This document shows positions 25,309-37,465 of a stretch of DNA of 64,000 nucleotides, piece after piece. The translations under genes were made by a program, and so were the position numbers. The DNA lies in contig OX597829.1 in NCBI GenBank assembly GCA_951406725.2, positions 19,158,001 through 19,222,000 of the forward strand. Direction: 5' to 3'. The DNA is from Octopus vulgaris (lineage: Eukaryota). Position 1 is the stretch's first letter. Each line of letters starts with the position of its first letter. Under the pieces are notes generated by a model that did not search any database, was not told the origin of the DNA, and was given only the letters and a program-made list of their open reading frames with translations.

Positions 25309-25344
25309 TAATTTATGTATTGTTACATTTAATAATAAATGAAT

Positions 25345-25635
25345 TACTTATGATGTGCTTTAGAAGAAGACACATCGAGCTGAGCAAAATCGCAGTGGTG
25401 GCAGATACTAATGTCACACACAAATGACACCCATGCTGGTGGCACATAAAAGCTCCCATTACACTCTTGGAGTGATTGGCATTAGGAATAGCATCCAGCC
25501 GTAGAAAACTGTGCCAAATCAGACTGAAGCCAGGCGCAGCCTTCCAGCGTGCCAGTCCAGCTGAACCATCCAACCCATGCCAGCAGGAACAATGGACATT
25601 ATATAATGATGACGACGATAATGATGATGATGATA
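25345..25635 (+). mobile_element. RTE 3' UTR fragment
   Basis: Homologous to 10175-10590; (GAT)n tail. Confidence 0.8.
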
Positions 25636-26367
25636 TGCATTAAATGGAGAAGTGGTGACAAGTGACAATTCTGTAAATAAATGATAATAATATTTCTATA
25701 AGCTTTAAGCTTATAAGTGATCAATTTGCTAAGACTAAAGAAAATAGTCTAATATTGAGGTGTGTAAACCCTCATTCCATTTTTTTCTGTTGCAGGTTTC
25801 TATACTCCAACATTAGACAATTTTCTTTAATTAATACATGGTGATTGCTTATAAGCTTTAAGCCTATAATAATAATTATTATTATTTATAGAATGTATAT
25901 ACATATATATAAGACACAGAATCTCATATACTGCATAAATTGAGCTAATTGCAAAGAAAATTATATTGACAAAACAAACCAACAATTCCTTTTGCCAGCA
26001 TGCAGGAATCCATAAACAACATATAAGACAAAAAGATTTATGTAAGATTTCACTGACTAAGCACCTGGAAATACGTGGAAACAGCAGGTTCAACTTCAAC
26101 AAATGACCAAAGGATGATGCAAAGTACCAGAAGGCAATGGAACTACATTTTATCAAAAAATTCTTATCTAAACTAAAAATATATAAAAAAGGAAAAAATC
26201 TTAATTAAAAAAATAGTGTCACAGTTGAACTGAATCAGATTATCACTGAATATTATTAATAATGTTCCCATTATTCTTACTAAAATAACTATAAAAATTC
26301 ACCTAAGCAACCAACACCAAAAAACACACACACACATGCATACACACACACACACACATGCATGCAT

Positions 26368-26423
<56 letters not shown>

Positions 26424-26783
26424 TTAAAAAAAAACCTTCCAAACTTCTGATGGAGTCTATTTTCTACAGCTGGATAACATGACAACTGAAAATAAAATAC
26501 TAAAAGGAAATTGACTTTAGTTATCATTAATTTCAACCATCCCAGAAAAAGACCCATTTCTATAGCTGGGTAGCATGGCAACTGACCAAAAATGTAATGC
26601 AATTTTAACCATCATAGATAAAGACTCCTTTCTTCCTGTCTTTCTTTTCTTTCTTTCTTTCCTTCTTTCTTTCTTTCATTCTTTCCTTCTTTCTTTCTTT
26701 CATTTGTTATTCTCTCTTACTTTTCTCTTCTCTTTCTAACCATGCCTCCAAAAATTCACCACACTCACACACAAACATACAGA

Positions 26784-26827
<44 letters not shown>

Positions 26828-27150
26828 ATAAAAGTACAAAGAACATTCACTTCCCAGTTCAACTCCAGATATTTTAAACTAATTCATATATACATAAAAG
26901 GTGTGAATTTTCTGTAAAAAATTATCATTCACAATGAATCTCACAGAAAGAGATGAAAGCACTATATAAATAATTATCCAAAATTCTGACAACCTCCTTT
27001 CTTTTCATATATATATGTATGTATGTAATATATATATATATATATTTATATATATAATAAAGGGTAAAATTAGTTGTTTTTTTTTCTTTTCTTGTTTCAG
27101 CTTAGAGCTGCGGCCATGCTGATGCACTGCCGTTTTGTGCTACACTATTA

Positions 27151-27522
27151 TTACGAAGAACCTCCTCTAATATGTGGCACTTGGTGAAGAATGGAGTTTG
27201 ATATAGCTACTCTCATTTGCACCTCTTGCCGTGAGGTAGGTTCATCTGGGACTCTCGACAGGAAGATGTCCAGCTTTGATTTAAAAACCGCTACATCTAC
27301 TTTGTGCAAGTTCCTCAGACTCTTTGGGAGAATATTAAAAAGCTGTGGGCCCTTGAAACCCAGGCTGTTGCAGAAGCTGGTCCTGAAGCGTGATGGCATT
27401 GCTGGGATCTTTGGCACTATGCAGTGTCGTCCCGTTCTAGCATTGGTGTAGCTTACAATGCCAAAATTTGGCACAATTCCTTCCAGGATCTTCCAGACAT
27501 ATATTACTGCATATCTCTCCAT
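27151..27522 (-). pseudogene. Frameshifted C-terminal portion of LINE ORF2
   Basis: ERYAVIYVWKILEGIVPN..FKGPQLFNILP..FKSKLDIFLSRVPDEP continues SLERR after a 1-nt deletion near 27520. Confidence 0.88.
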
Positions 27523-30254
27523 CTTCTCTCCAGGGAGTAGAGTCTTAGCTGTTTCAACCTTTCCCAGTAGCTGAGCTGTTGCAAAGAGACGATCTTCTTT
27601 GTGAATCTTCTCTGGATTGCTTCAAGGTCCGCTGTTAATTTCACACTGGTGGTTGACCATAGCTGTGAGCAGTAATCCAGGCGGCTGAGGACGAATGTCC
27701 GCAAGAGGACCATCATGGTTTCCTTATCTCTGGTTCTGAATGTTCTTTGGATCCATCCAGCCAGTCGTCTGCACTTTGTCGCCATCCTGGTAATGTGCAC
27801 TTGGAAAGAGGTATCCTCACTCATATCGATACCCAGGTCCCTCACAGACTTAGGCTCTGGGATCGAAATTCCCTGTGGACCGGTGTATCCTGTAAGTTTA
27901 ATATTCAGTTTTGGATGCTGGTAGCGCAGGGCCTGGAATTTTTCAGCATTAAACTGCATATTATTATCCTCAGCCCATCTGTAGATTGAGTCCAACTCCT
28001 GCTGCAGGTGTGCAACATTGCTGGGGTTCTGTATTTTCTGCGAGACTTTCGTATCGTCTGCATAGCTGGCCAGAGTGACTATCCGGGCATTTGAGGGCAT
28101 ATCTGAGAGGGCCACTATAAAAAGCAGTGGTCCCAAGACAGTGCCCTGTGGAACACCACTCACTATTTGTGTGTTCATAGAGGTGGCTCCATTAACCACT
28201 ACTGCCTGACTTCTATCGTTCAGGAAGTCATGTAACCACACTCCAAGTTTTCCAGCTATGCCGAGGTCATGCAGTTTATGGCATATCATACCATCATCCA
28301 CCTTGTCGAAAGCTTTTGCAAAATCAAGGTAGATTACGTCCACATTTGATTTGTTGAGTAACTGCCTCAACACCCAGTCATAATGTTGTAAGAGCTGGGT
28401 CAGGCAACTCCTACCTGGTCGAAAACCATGCTGGGTATCACTCAGCAAGTTATTTTCCTCAAGGAATGCGATTAATTTCTTTCTGACTATCTGTTCCATG
28501 ACTTTGCTGATGTGTGAAGTCAGAGAGATAGGCCTATAGTTTTTGGCATCTGCTCTACTTCCCCCTTTATGTATTGGGCATATTATTCCCTCCTTCAGCT
28601 TGCTTGGCAGTTTGCCATTCACAAGAAAGCTCTGGAAGAGAATCTTGTGGGGTCTTGCCAAGGCATGCTTACACGCTTTGAGGAGGATTGCTGGGAAACC
28701 ATCTGGACCAGCAGTTGAGTTTGTGTCCACTTCATCTATGGCTAGTAGGACATCTTCTTCGCTAATGCCAATACATTCTATTGTAACCGCCTTGCTGGTT
28801 ATAGGTGAGGCGGCAAAGAAGTCCACTGGTTCGTTCACTTGTCTGTGTTCCAATGGGGTGGTAAAGACACTTTTGAACTGGTCATTCAGCATCTCACTGA
28901 TCTTAGTTGGACTGTCTGTGAGGGAGCCATCCTTTTGGAGGATGGGTCCTATCTTGTAGTGCACTGAGACTGTTTCTTTCGCGTAATGAAAGAAGGACTT
29001 TGGGTTTGGTTTAATGTTTTTTATAACCCAGACTTCTTTGTCTGCTTTCTCCCTCACATAGGATTGTTGCAGCCTTTTTCCGATCTCCATCAGTGTTGTT
29101 TTTAGGCAGGACGTTTCGCTACTTTTAGGATGTTGGTTGAGACGATTTGCAACATTCGTCCATCGTCTCATGAGGATCTTCCTCTCTCTTGGAATCTTGC
29201 TCCTATTTGTTTTGGCCTTGTGCTCTGGGACATATTTCTGGCATACGGCTTGCACAGAAGACATGAAACATTCTAGTTTCATGTCAATGTCTGGTGTGGA
29301 GAGACATTCCGGCCAGTCCTCTCTGAGGATCTCTTTTTGGATCGATTTCCAATCTGCTTTATGGAAGTTCAAATTGGAGAGATTTTGGGTGCTTCCTTTA
29401 GGCTGTATGTCTCTGGTTACTTTTGGCCCAAACATAGACAGCTCTATTATGTTGTGATCCAAAACTAATGTCGGTGTCACTTTCACATCATGAATGATGT
29501 CCATATTGTTCGTGAAGCAGAGATCCAGAATGTTATTCGCCCTAGTTGGTTTGAGTACAACTTGCTCCATGAATAAGGCATTGGTGAGGTTGAGCAGGGA
29601 CTCCACCTGTACTTGCTTGCAATGATTCATTCCTGAGAGTATGAGACCTTCAGGCCATTTGACGTTGGGGAAGTTGAAATCACCCATAAGAAATATGGTC
29701 ACATTGTGTTCCAGATTCATGAGGATTTCTTTAATTCTTGTGAGGCAATCTTCAAACTTGCCTATGTGATTTGGGGCATCCGGTGGGCAATATGTATTGC
29801 ATATGACTATATTATGTTGTCTTAAGTATACAATTAAAGTGTCACATACCGAATTTGAGTATGTCATTAAGACCTGGGATGTGAGGTCATCTTGGATGTA
29901 TACTGCAATTCCACCATGGCTCCTTTCCCTTCTGTCTGTTCGCAGTATGGCATAGTTTGGTATGTGTACTTCTGCGTCCTCTATATCAGGGCTGAGGTGA
30001 GTTTCCGCGAGTGCTGCTATGCATAGGGCTTGATTGCATGCAGTAAGATCTCTCAGGAAAGAAATTTTGTTTCTACTTTGATGCAACAGGCCCCCAATAT
30101 TTAGTAAAAGTATTGGGGTGACGGCTGTGCAGGCATTAGGGGAGGCCATCCCGTGTCTGTTGACTGTGGTGGTCTTGCATAGTGGTGGGCAGGGTTCCTT
30201 CTCTGTGCTTGGTGTAGCCAGCTTAGCTGCCTGACAATTCTTTGTGCCATGCAT
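27504..30254 (-). CDS. LINE ORF2: APE endonuclease + reverse transcriptase (916 aa up to the frameshift)
   Basis: APE motifs AETHL, GDFNFP, NILDL, LDH; RT motifs NYRPISL, QHGFR, YLDFAKAFDKV, GVPQGTVLGPLLF, YADD, DLGI. Confidence 0.95.
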   Translation of the reverse strand: MHGTKNCQAAKLATPSTEKEPCPPLCKTTTVNRHGMASPNACTAVTPILLLNIGGLLHQSRNKISFLRDLTACNQALCIAALAETHLSPDIEDAEVHIPNYAILRTDRRERSHGGIAVYIQDDLTSQVLMTYSNSVCDTLIVYLRQHNIVICNTYCPPDAPNHIGKFEDCLTRIKEILMNLEHNVTIFLMGDFNFPNVKWPEGLILSGMNHCKQVQVESLLNLTNALFMEQVVLKPTRANNILDLCFTNNMDIIHDVKVTPTLVLDHNIIELSMFGPKVTRDIQPKGSTQNLSNLNFHKADWKSIQKEILREDWPECLSTPDIDMKLECFMSSVQAVCQKYVPEHKAKTNRSKIPRERKILMRRWTNVANRLNQHPKSSETSCLKTTLMEIGKRLQQSYVREKADKEVWVIKNIKPNPKSFFHYAKETVSVHYKIGPILQKDGSLTDSPTKISEMLNDQFKSVFTTPLEHRQVNEPVDFFAASPITSKAVTIECIGISEEDVLLAIDEVDTNSTAGPDGFPAILLKACKHALARPHKILFQSFLVNGKLPSKLKEGIICPIHKGGSRADAKNYRPISLTSHISKVMEQIVRKKLIAFLEENNLLSDTQHGFRPGRSCLTQLLQHYDWVLRQLLNKSNVDVIYLDFAKAFDKVDDGMICHKLHDLGIAGKLGVWLHDFLNDRSQAVVVNGATSMNTQIVSGVPQGTVLGPLLFIVALSDMPSNARIVTLASYADDTKVSQKIQNPSNVAHLQQELDSIYRWAEDNNMQFNAEKFQALRYQHPKLNIKLTGYTGPQGISIPEPKSVRDLGIDMSEDTSFQVHITRMATKCRRLAGWIQRTFRTRDKETMMVLLRTFVLSRLDYCSQLWSTTSVKLTADLEAIQRRFTKKIVSLQQLSYWERLKQLRLYSLERRWRDMQ

Positions 30255-31057
30255 AAAAAAGACTCTTGCTCAGCTGCTGCGTTGCGCAGAACATCTGAAG
30301 AATGCACTTCTTTTTTTAAAGTTTTCCTAGGAGACATTTCTTGCCTTCCCCCAGTAAAGTTCTTTTCTTTGAGTCCCCTGAAGTTCTGGCGGGGTGTCGG
30401 GTGGGCGAACCGGCAGTTTTTGCCATCCTCCCCATGCCAACATTTGCCCCGCAGGTAGAATTTACAGGTTCTTCGGTGCCTTCCAGATTTCTTCTTTCCT
30501 GAAGTGTACTGGGTGGCATTGGATCCTCCATGGGGTTCTCTGCTGTTTGTGTGGTGGGTTGGGGTTTCAGCTTTGGTTGTTTTGCCTGTTCTTCCCTTTC
30601 CCTCCTTATTTTTGTTTTCGGTCCTTCTTTTTTTCTTCTGTTTTTCTAATTTCTCATTTCTTTGTAGGACCACTGGTACAGGGGGGCTTCCGGTTTCTAC
30701 TTCCTTGGCTCCCTTATCCTTCACTACCTGGTCGTTCACTGAGGTAGGTGATCCATTTTCCTGAGAAACCCCTGGATCACAGACACTTCCGGCTTCCTTC
30801 TCTTTTTCGTCCTCTTCATCCTCATCAGCCTTGCCACAATAATTTTCAATTATGTTGTCCAGTGTTTTGATGTGTGGTCTTATAAGCATGTAAGACCGGA
30901 TAAATTCACCTTTCTTTCGCTCTATTTGGTCAATGGTTCTACGAAATCCATTGTTCTTTAGTGCGGCAGTGATGATGTTGTTCGGCAGATAGCCACCAGC
31001 AATTGTCCATGCTCTTAGCAGAAGATCTAACTCTTTCTTTTCCCACTTTGGTGCCAT
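30101..31057 (-). CDS. LINE ORF1 (318 aa): Myb/trihelix-like N-terminus, acidic/basic linker, CCCH zinc finger
   Basis: KWEKKELDLLLRAW..IITAALKNNGFRRTIDQIERK; CKFYLRGKCWHGEDGKNCRFAHP (C-x7-C-x8-C-x3-H). Confidence 0.85.
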   Translation of the reverse strand: MAPKWEKKELDLLLRAWTIAGGYLPNNIITAALKNNGFRRTIDQIERKKGEFIRSYMLIRPHIKTLDNIIENYCGKADEDEEDEKEKEAGSVCDPGVSQENGSPTSVNDQVVKDKGAKEVETGSPPVPVVLQRNEKLEKQKKKRRTENKNKEGKGRTGKTTKAETPTHHTNSREPHGGSNATQYTSGKKKSGRHRRTCKFYLRGKCWHGEDGKNCRFAHPTPRQNFRGLKEKNFTGGRQEMSPRKTLKKEVHSSDVLRNAAAEQESFLCMAQRIVRQLSWLHQAQRRNPAHHYARPPQSTDTGWPPLMPAQPSPQYFY

Positions 31058-31714
31058 CTTCGTTTAAAGTCCAGAGGGGGAGCAGAGGCTAGAGAGGCAA
31101 TGAGGGATAGAGAGAGGTAGAGACAGAAAAACACAGAGGGGGGAAATAAGGAAAGAGAGAGGGAGATAGGAAGGAAAGAGAGAGGTGCTGTGAAAGAAAT
31201 TGAGAGGGTGATAGGAGGAAAACAAAGGGGGTGTGATGTGTTAAAGCGATAGAGGAAGGTAGTGGAGGGGGAGAGGAGGGGAATAGAAGGAGAGACAGAG
31301 TGAAGGAGAAGAGGGGAAGAGAAAGAGAGGCAGAGTGAAGGAGAGGAGGGGAAAGAAAAAATAGGTTGCTCTGAAGTAGAGAGCAATGCCCAAATGTGTT
31401 AGAAAGATCGATTGATCTTTTCCGTCCTTGTCAAGGAGAGTGCTAACCATCTCTCCTTTTTTGCAACAATAATTTTACCAAGTAGTTCGGTATGTTGAAA
31501 GAACCATTATTGGTGAACTTATACAAAAACTCTATAATTATACCCATAATTATAGAATTTTTGTGTGTATATATATATATATGTTTTATATATATATATA
31601 TATATGTGTGTATATGTATATATGTATGTATGGTTTCGATCACAGCACCAGTAACGGTTAAGCTTCATGCAATGGCCATACTCGATAACGAGGGGGCAGC
31701 CATAATATATATAT

Positions 31715-31747
<33 letters not shown>

Positions 31748-32159
31748 AGTATAAAGTCATAGATGACAGAGAAATAGTTTGATGAAGTTTTATTTAACAA
31801 TAAAAAAATTCTAATATCATGGCAAATTATTTCGTAACTTAAGAACATGTAAATAATTTATGTATTGCTACATTTAATAATAAATGAATTGCTTACATTC
31901 CTGCATTGATGCAAGATGCAAAAAAAAAAAGTCCTTCAAAATAATGCCAAATTAAATCTATGTCCTAAGCTACAAAGCAATTTGTTGTAATATTAGAATT
32001 TTTATTTTTCTTAAATAAAATTTCACCAAACTCTTTCTCTGTCATTTATGACGTTATACACTCCTTATAATTTTTGACTCTTACCATACTATATATTCTA
32101 TATGTTTTGTATTTTGATACGTTAAGGAATTTTTTTATGAGTACTACTAGATTACTTAA

Positions 32160-32553
32160 ATCCAAATCAAAAGGCAAGTGAAAATCAAAATCAAAGTCAA
32201 AATCGAAATCGATCAACATGAATAGAAATTGTAGCTGTGATACATGGCTGGTGACACATAAGAGAACCATCCGAATGTGGCCATTGCCAGCGTTGCCCCA
32301 ACTAGCCTCCGTGCCAGTGGCACGTAAAAAGCACCATCCGATCATGGCCGTTTGCCAGCCTCGTCTGGCACGTAAAAAGCACCCACAACACTCACGGAGT
32401 GGTTGGCATTAGAAAGGGCATCAAGCCATAGAAACATTGCCAAATCAGACTGGGCCTGGTGCAGCCTTCTGGCTTCCAAGACCCCTGCTGAACCGTCCAG
32501 CCCATGCTAGCATGGAAAGTGGACGCTAAACGATGATGATGATGATGATGATA
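32160..32553 (+). mobile_element. RTE 3' UTR fragment
   Basis: Homologous to 16975-17470; (GAT)n tail. Confidence 0.85.
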
Positions 32554-32747
32554 TATTGTGACTTAAATTAATATATATATAAATTTATATATGTATATTA
32601 ATTTGTCTTGTCGAAAAAATGGAGGAGTTTGTATATATATATACCGGAGTAAGCACATAAATGTGAAACAAGGTGGAAAAAAGAGTACTCAAATACCAGA
32701 CGTAGAGTAATACGGTTTATTTAAAAGCAGCAGAAATATAACAAAAG

Positions 32748-32784
32748 CTGTTACTCAGAGTTTCACTTCCCGTTCGTCGGACAG
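32748..32784 (-). ncRNA. Hammerhead-like motif, U4C core variant, in a Penelope-like fragment with an inverted arm
   Basis: CUGU CCGACGA ACG-GGAA-GU GAAA CUCUGAG UA/ACAG; inverted repeat 32716-32750 / 32799-32833. Confidence 0.55.
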
Positions 32785-33144
32785 TTTTGTTAACAAAATA
32801 GCTTTTGTTATATTTCTGCAGCTTTTAAATAAAGTATATCATCATCATCATCATCATCATCATTTATGTAATTCCTGACAAAGTATCTGGTTTTTATTTC
32901 AAGAAGAGTTTTTCGTTTTTATCTTTGGAATTAATTAGACTCCAAAACAATTTGTAGAACTTATATTAGATTTGTACCAACTTGGATTTGAACTCAAGAT
33001 CGTCTACACCTATATATATTTTTTTCCTTTCATTATATTTTATTTATTGATTTTGAAAGTACTGGACATATATTTTAAATATTCTTTGCTTGGATTGTAC
33101 CAGTGGAATTGGATGTTTGACAGAATTTCTGTCCTCACTTCTTT

Positions 33145-33212
<68 letters not shown>

Positions 33213-33215
<3 letters not shown>

Positions 33216-33434
33216 TCTTTTATTCTTTTACTTGTTTCAATCATTTGACTGTGGCCATGCTGGAGCACCACCTTTAGTAGCGCAAATCGACCCCAGGACT
33301 TATTCTTTGTAAGCATAGTACTTATTCTATTTGTCTCTCTCACTGAACCGCCAAGTGACGGGGGATGTAAACACACCAGCATCGGTTGTCAAGCGATGTT
33401 GGTTGGACAAACACAGACACACAAACATATACAA

Positions 33435-33492
<58 letters not shown>

Positions 33493-33639
33493 TGGGCTTC
33501 TTTCAGTTTCCGTCACAAGGCTTTGGTCGGCCCGAGGCTATAGTAGTTGACACTTGCCCAAGTTGCTACGCAGTGGGACTGAACCCGGAACCATGTGGTT
33601 GGTAAGCAAGCTACTTAGCACACATCCGTTCCTGCACCT
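33213..33639 (-). mobile_element. SINE family A, near full-length
   Basis: Head, body, microsatellite and tail present. Confidence 0.88.
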
Positions 33640-34499
33640 ACATACATATACATATGTGTTTGTGTGTGTGTGTATGCATATGTACATATTTATGTGTCTT
33701 TTTGTTTACGTGACATACCCACCAATAGAAGATAAGTGTTGGTTTGTTTACATCCCCATGACTTAGCAGTTTTGCAAAATGAAGAAAATTATGTACTCAA
33801 GTTGATTTGTTTGACTCAACTCTCCACTGTGGGGCGCTACCATCACTGCAGTCTAACGATTGAAACAAGTAAAACAAGAAATGAAAAGACATATGTATAT
33901 ATATTTATATACATATGTGTGTGTATGTGTGTGTGGTGTGTGTGTGTGTGTATTTATGTTTACAAATACACATACTTGTACATATATATTCACAATATAT
34001 ACTCCAGCTTACACATGTACATACTCACACACATAAATGCACACAACCACATATAAACACATACACACATACGTATGTGCATGCACACACACACACACAC
34101 ACACACACATGCATCCATACATGTTCCAATGACAAGATATATATCAAGATGGAAAAAAAATAATTTCACGTTTGACATACACCTACACACACACATGTAT
34201 GTATATAAATATATATACATGTATGTATATAAATATACATACTCATATTTATGTAAGTACATACATATATAAGCACATATATCTATATACATATACATAT
34301 ATACACCCACACATATAAATATACACACTTATAGACACATATATATGTGTATATATAGATATACATGCATCTATATCTACATATACATATAAACATACAT
34401 GTATAGATATGTGTGTGAGTGTATACATATATATCAATATATACTGCTCTATATCTTAGAGTATGCTTCTTTTGGATTTATGTTTTTTATAGTCATTAT

Positions 34500-34815
<316 letters not shown>

Positions 34816-35450
34816 ATGTTGAGAGAGAAAGAGAGAGGGAGAGAGAAAGAGAGAAACATAAATGATAAGTGTCATTGTGCAGCTGTAAGTTCTGACTGAG
34901 AACGGAATCATTGATCCAATTCCAAATCCCACGTTGAAACCATTTATCTTCACTTTACGCCATTAAATCTCCTTTGCACAGCATGAATGTCATAACAACA
35001 CAATTTCATTCCTTGCACAACTCTCTCAAGTTTAATAGCTGCATATGAAAGACAACCTAAAGAAGTACAGTAATATTTCAATTACATCAATATACATTTA
35101 TATATATATGTATAACATATATCTATACATATACATGCATACATACATATATATATATATTTATATATGTTTGCATATATAAATACATGTGTATGTATGT
35201 ACATAGGTATGAATGAATGAATTATTGTAATGAATGTATAGTTCTATATACATATATACATACGTACGTATATGAGTGTGTGCATGTATGTATGTATGTA
35301 TGTGTGTGTGTGTGTATGCATGCATGCATGTATGTATATATTTACGTATGTATTCTTAAATAAAGAGATACTTGGAAATAAAGTCAAGTTTCATTTTGAA
35401 ATAATGATCATTTCCATACTTTCTTTCCTATCTCTCCCTCCCTCCCCATT

Positions 35451-35529
<79 letters not shown>

Positions 35530-35581
35530 GTTTGCATGTGTATATGTATGAATTCATATATGGATGTATACATGCATGTAT

Positions 35582-35619
<38 letters not shown>

Positions 35620-35689
35620 TCACACTGTGGAGTTGTGGATTTGATATTGAATGGTTGTGGAGTGAAGTGGAGGATAAATACATTTTACC

Positions 35690-35692
<3 letters not shown>

Positions 35693-35726
<34 letters not shown>

Positions 35727-36224
35727 CTCTAGTTGTGTGAGTGTCTGTCCCCTTCGATTTAGATTCCTAACTACTCCCACATTTTGCGGTGCAGTTTAAC
35801 CAAAACCGGGTATCTTATAGTCGTGATTCATATCGAGCCCGTCTGGGTATTAGCGCGCGTCTACGATGAGTCTACGATTTTAAAAATAATTTAACATAAT
35901 TTTTTATTCCATTTTAATGCATATTTTTTCGTGTGTCGATGGCGGCGGAGTTGGCGTCCATGGTCACACCTGCACCTGTTTGCTTCTCCCCCTTCTTCCC
36001 TCCCTCGTGAAGCTGTGGGGAAGGGAGTGTAAGGAAATCAATGTCGTAAAGCATTGTCAAGGAGACCAGCGTTCTTTTAGAACAACGACTTCATGGCTTG
36101 AAGACACCAAAATTACCATCATTTTTTATTCCATTTTTAATGCATTTTTTTGCTATAACTCACTAAAAATGCTTATATAGTTATTTCCCTTACAAACCCG
36201 AGCAACGCCGGGCGATACTGCTAG
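35693..36224 (+). mobile_element. Non-autonomous Helitron-type element
   Basis: 3' hairpin cccgagcaacgccggg then CTAG|T; 5' end merges into (TA)n; close copy inverted at 50531-51047. Confidence 0.8.
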
Positions 36225-37005
36225 TATATATATAAATTGCAGGACTTATGCACTCGCTTATGCATGCAAATTCTCACACACACACACACACACGTATACA
36301 CACACACAGTCACACATTCACATACACACTTACATATACACACACACATTATGGTGGTGGTGGCCATTGTCGTTGCGTTGGTGATGGCTGCAGTCGTGGT
36401 GGAATTGATGAGCCAAGCCAATCTGATGGTGCTCGCAGTGGTGATAATGATGATGATCATCACAGTAAAGATGTTGACGGTGGTGGTGGTGGTGGTGGTG
36501 GTGGTGGTGGTGGTGGTGGTGATTGTAGTGGTTGTGTGGTTGGTGGTAAGTTTGGTGGTGGTGCTGCTGATGATGATGATGATGAAGATGGGGGTGACAG
36601 CGAGGATGATGATCATGATGGTAGTGGTAGTGTTGATGATGATGATTTAAAAAAAAAACGAAAATGGTTTGATAAGCAGCAAATCTGTTGCATAAAATGG
36701 TGGAAGAAAACCCAATATGGAATCTTGCTCTAACTTCATACATATATATATATATATTAAGTATAATTATAAAATTATAATAAGGGTGATGAAGCACTGG
36801 CACAAAGACACATACACACACATGCACACATATGATGGGCTTCTTTCAGTTTCCGTCTACCAAATCCACTCATGCAGCTTTTGTTGATCTGAGGCTATAG
36901 TAGAAGACACTTGCCAAGGTGCCATGCAGTGAGACTGAACCTTGAACCATGTAGCTGAGAAGCAAGCTTCTTACCAAACAGTCATGTCCATGACTATGTA
37001 TATAC

Positions 37006-37087
<82 letters not shown>

Positions 37088-37179
37088 TGTATATATATGT
37101 ATATATATACATATATACATATATATACATATATATACATATATATATGTATATATACATATGTATATATATACACATA

Positions 37180-37225
<46 letters not shown>

Positions 37226-37413
37226 GTGTATATACATATATATATATGTATATGTATATATATGTATATACATATATGTATATATATACACACACATATA
37301 TATATATGTATATATATATATACAAATGCATATATATATGCATATATATACATATATATATATATATATGCATATATATATATATATAAACGTATATGTA
37401 TATATACGTATAT

Positions 37414-37464
<51 letters not shown>

Positions 37465-37465
<1 letters not shown>

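Larger units (their letters stand above)
27077..31445 (-). mobile_element. Nearly full-length CR1/L2-group LINE (5' UTR, ORF1, ORF2, stem-loop 3' tail)
   Basis: Two long overlapping ORFs, pyrimidine-rich 5' UTR, 3' tail agcatggccgcagctctaagctgaaacaagaaaag(A)n. The 5' boundary is approximate and no clear TSD was seen. Confidence 0.93.

Noticed and set aside
25827-26156. 109-aa minus ORF in non-repetitive sequence
   Set aside because: No recognisable motif, composition typical of AT-rich antisense sequence, and no splice support.
30311-30323. Second slippery heptamer U-UUA-AAA in LINE ORF1
   Set aside because: The -1 frame hits TGA before reaching ORF2.
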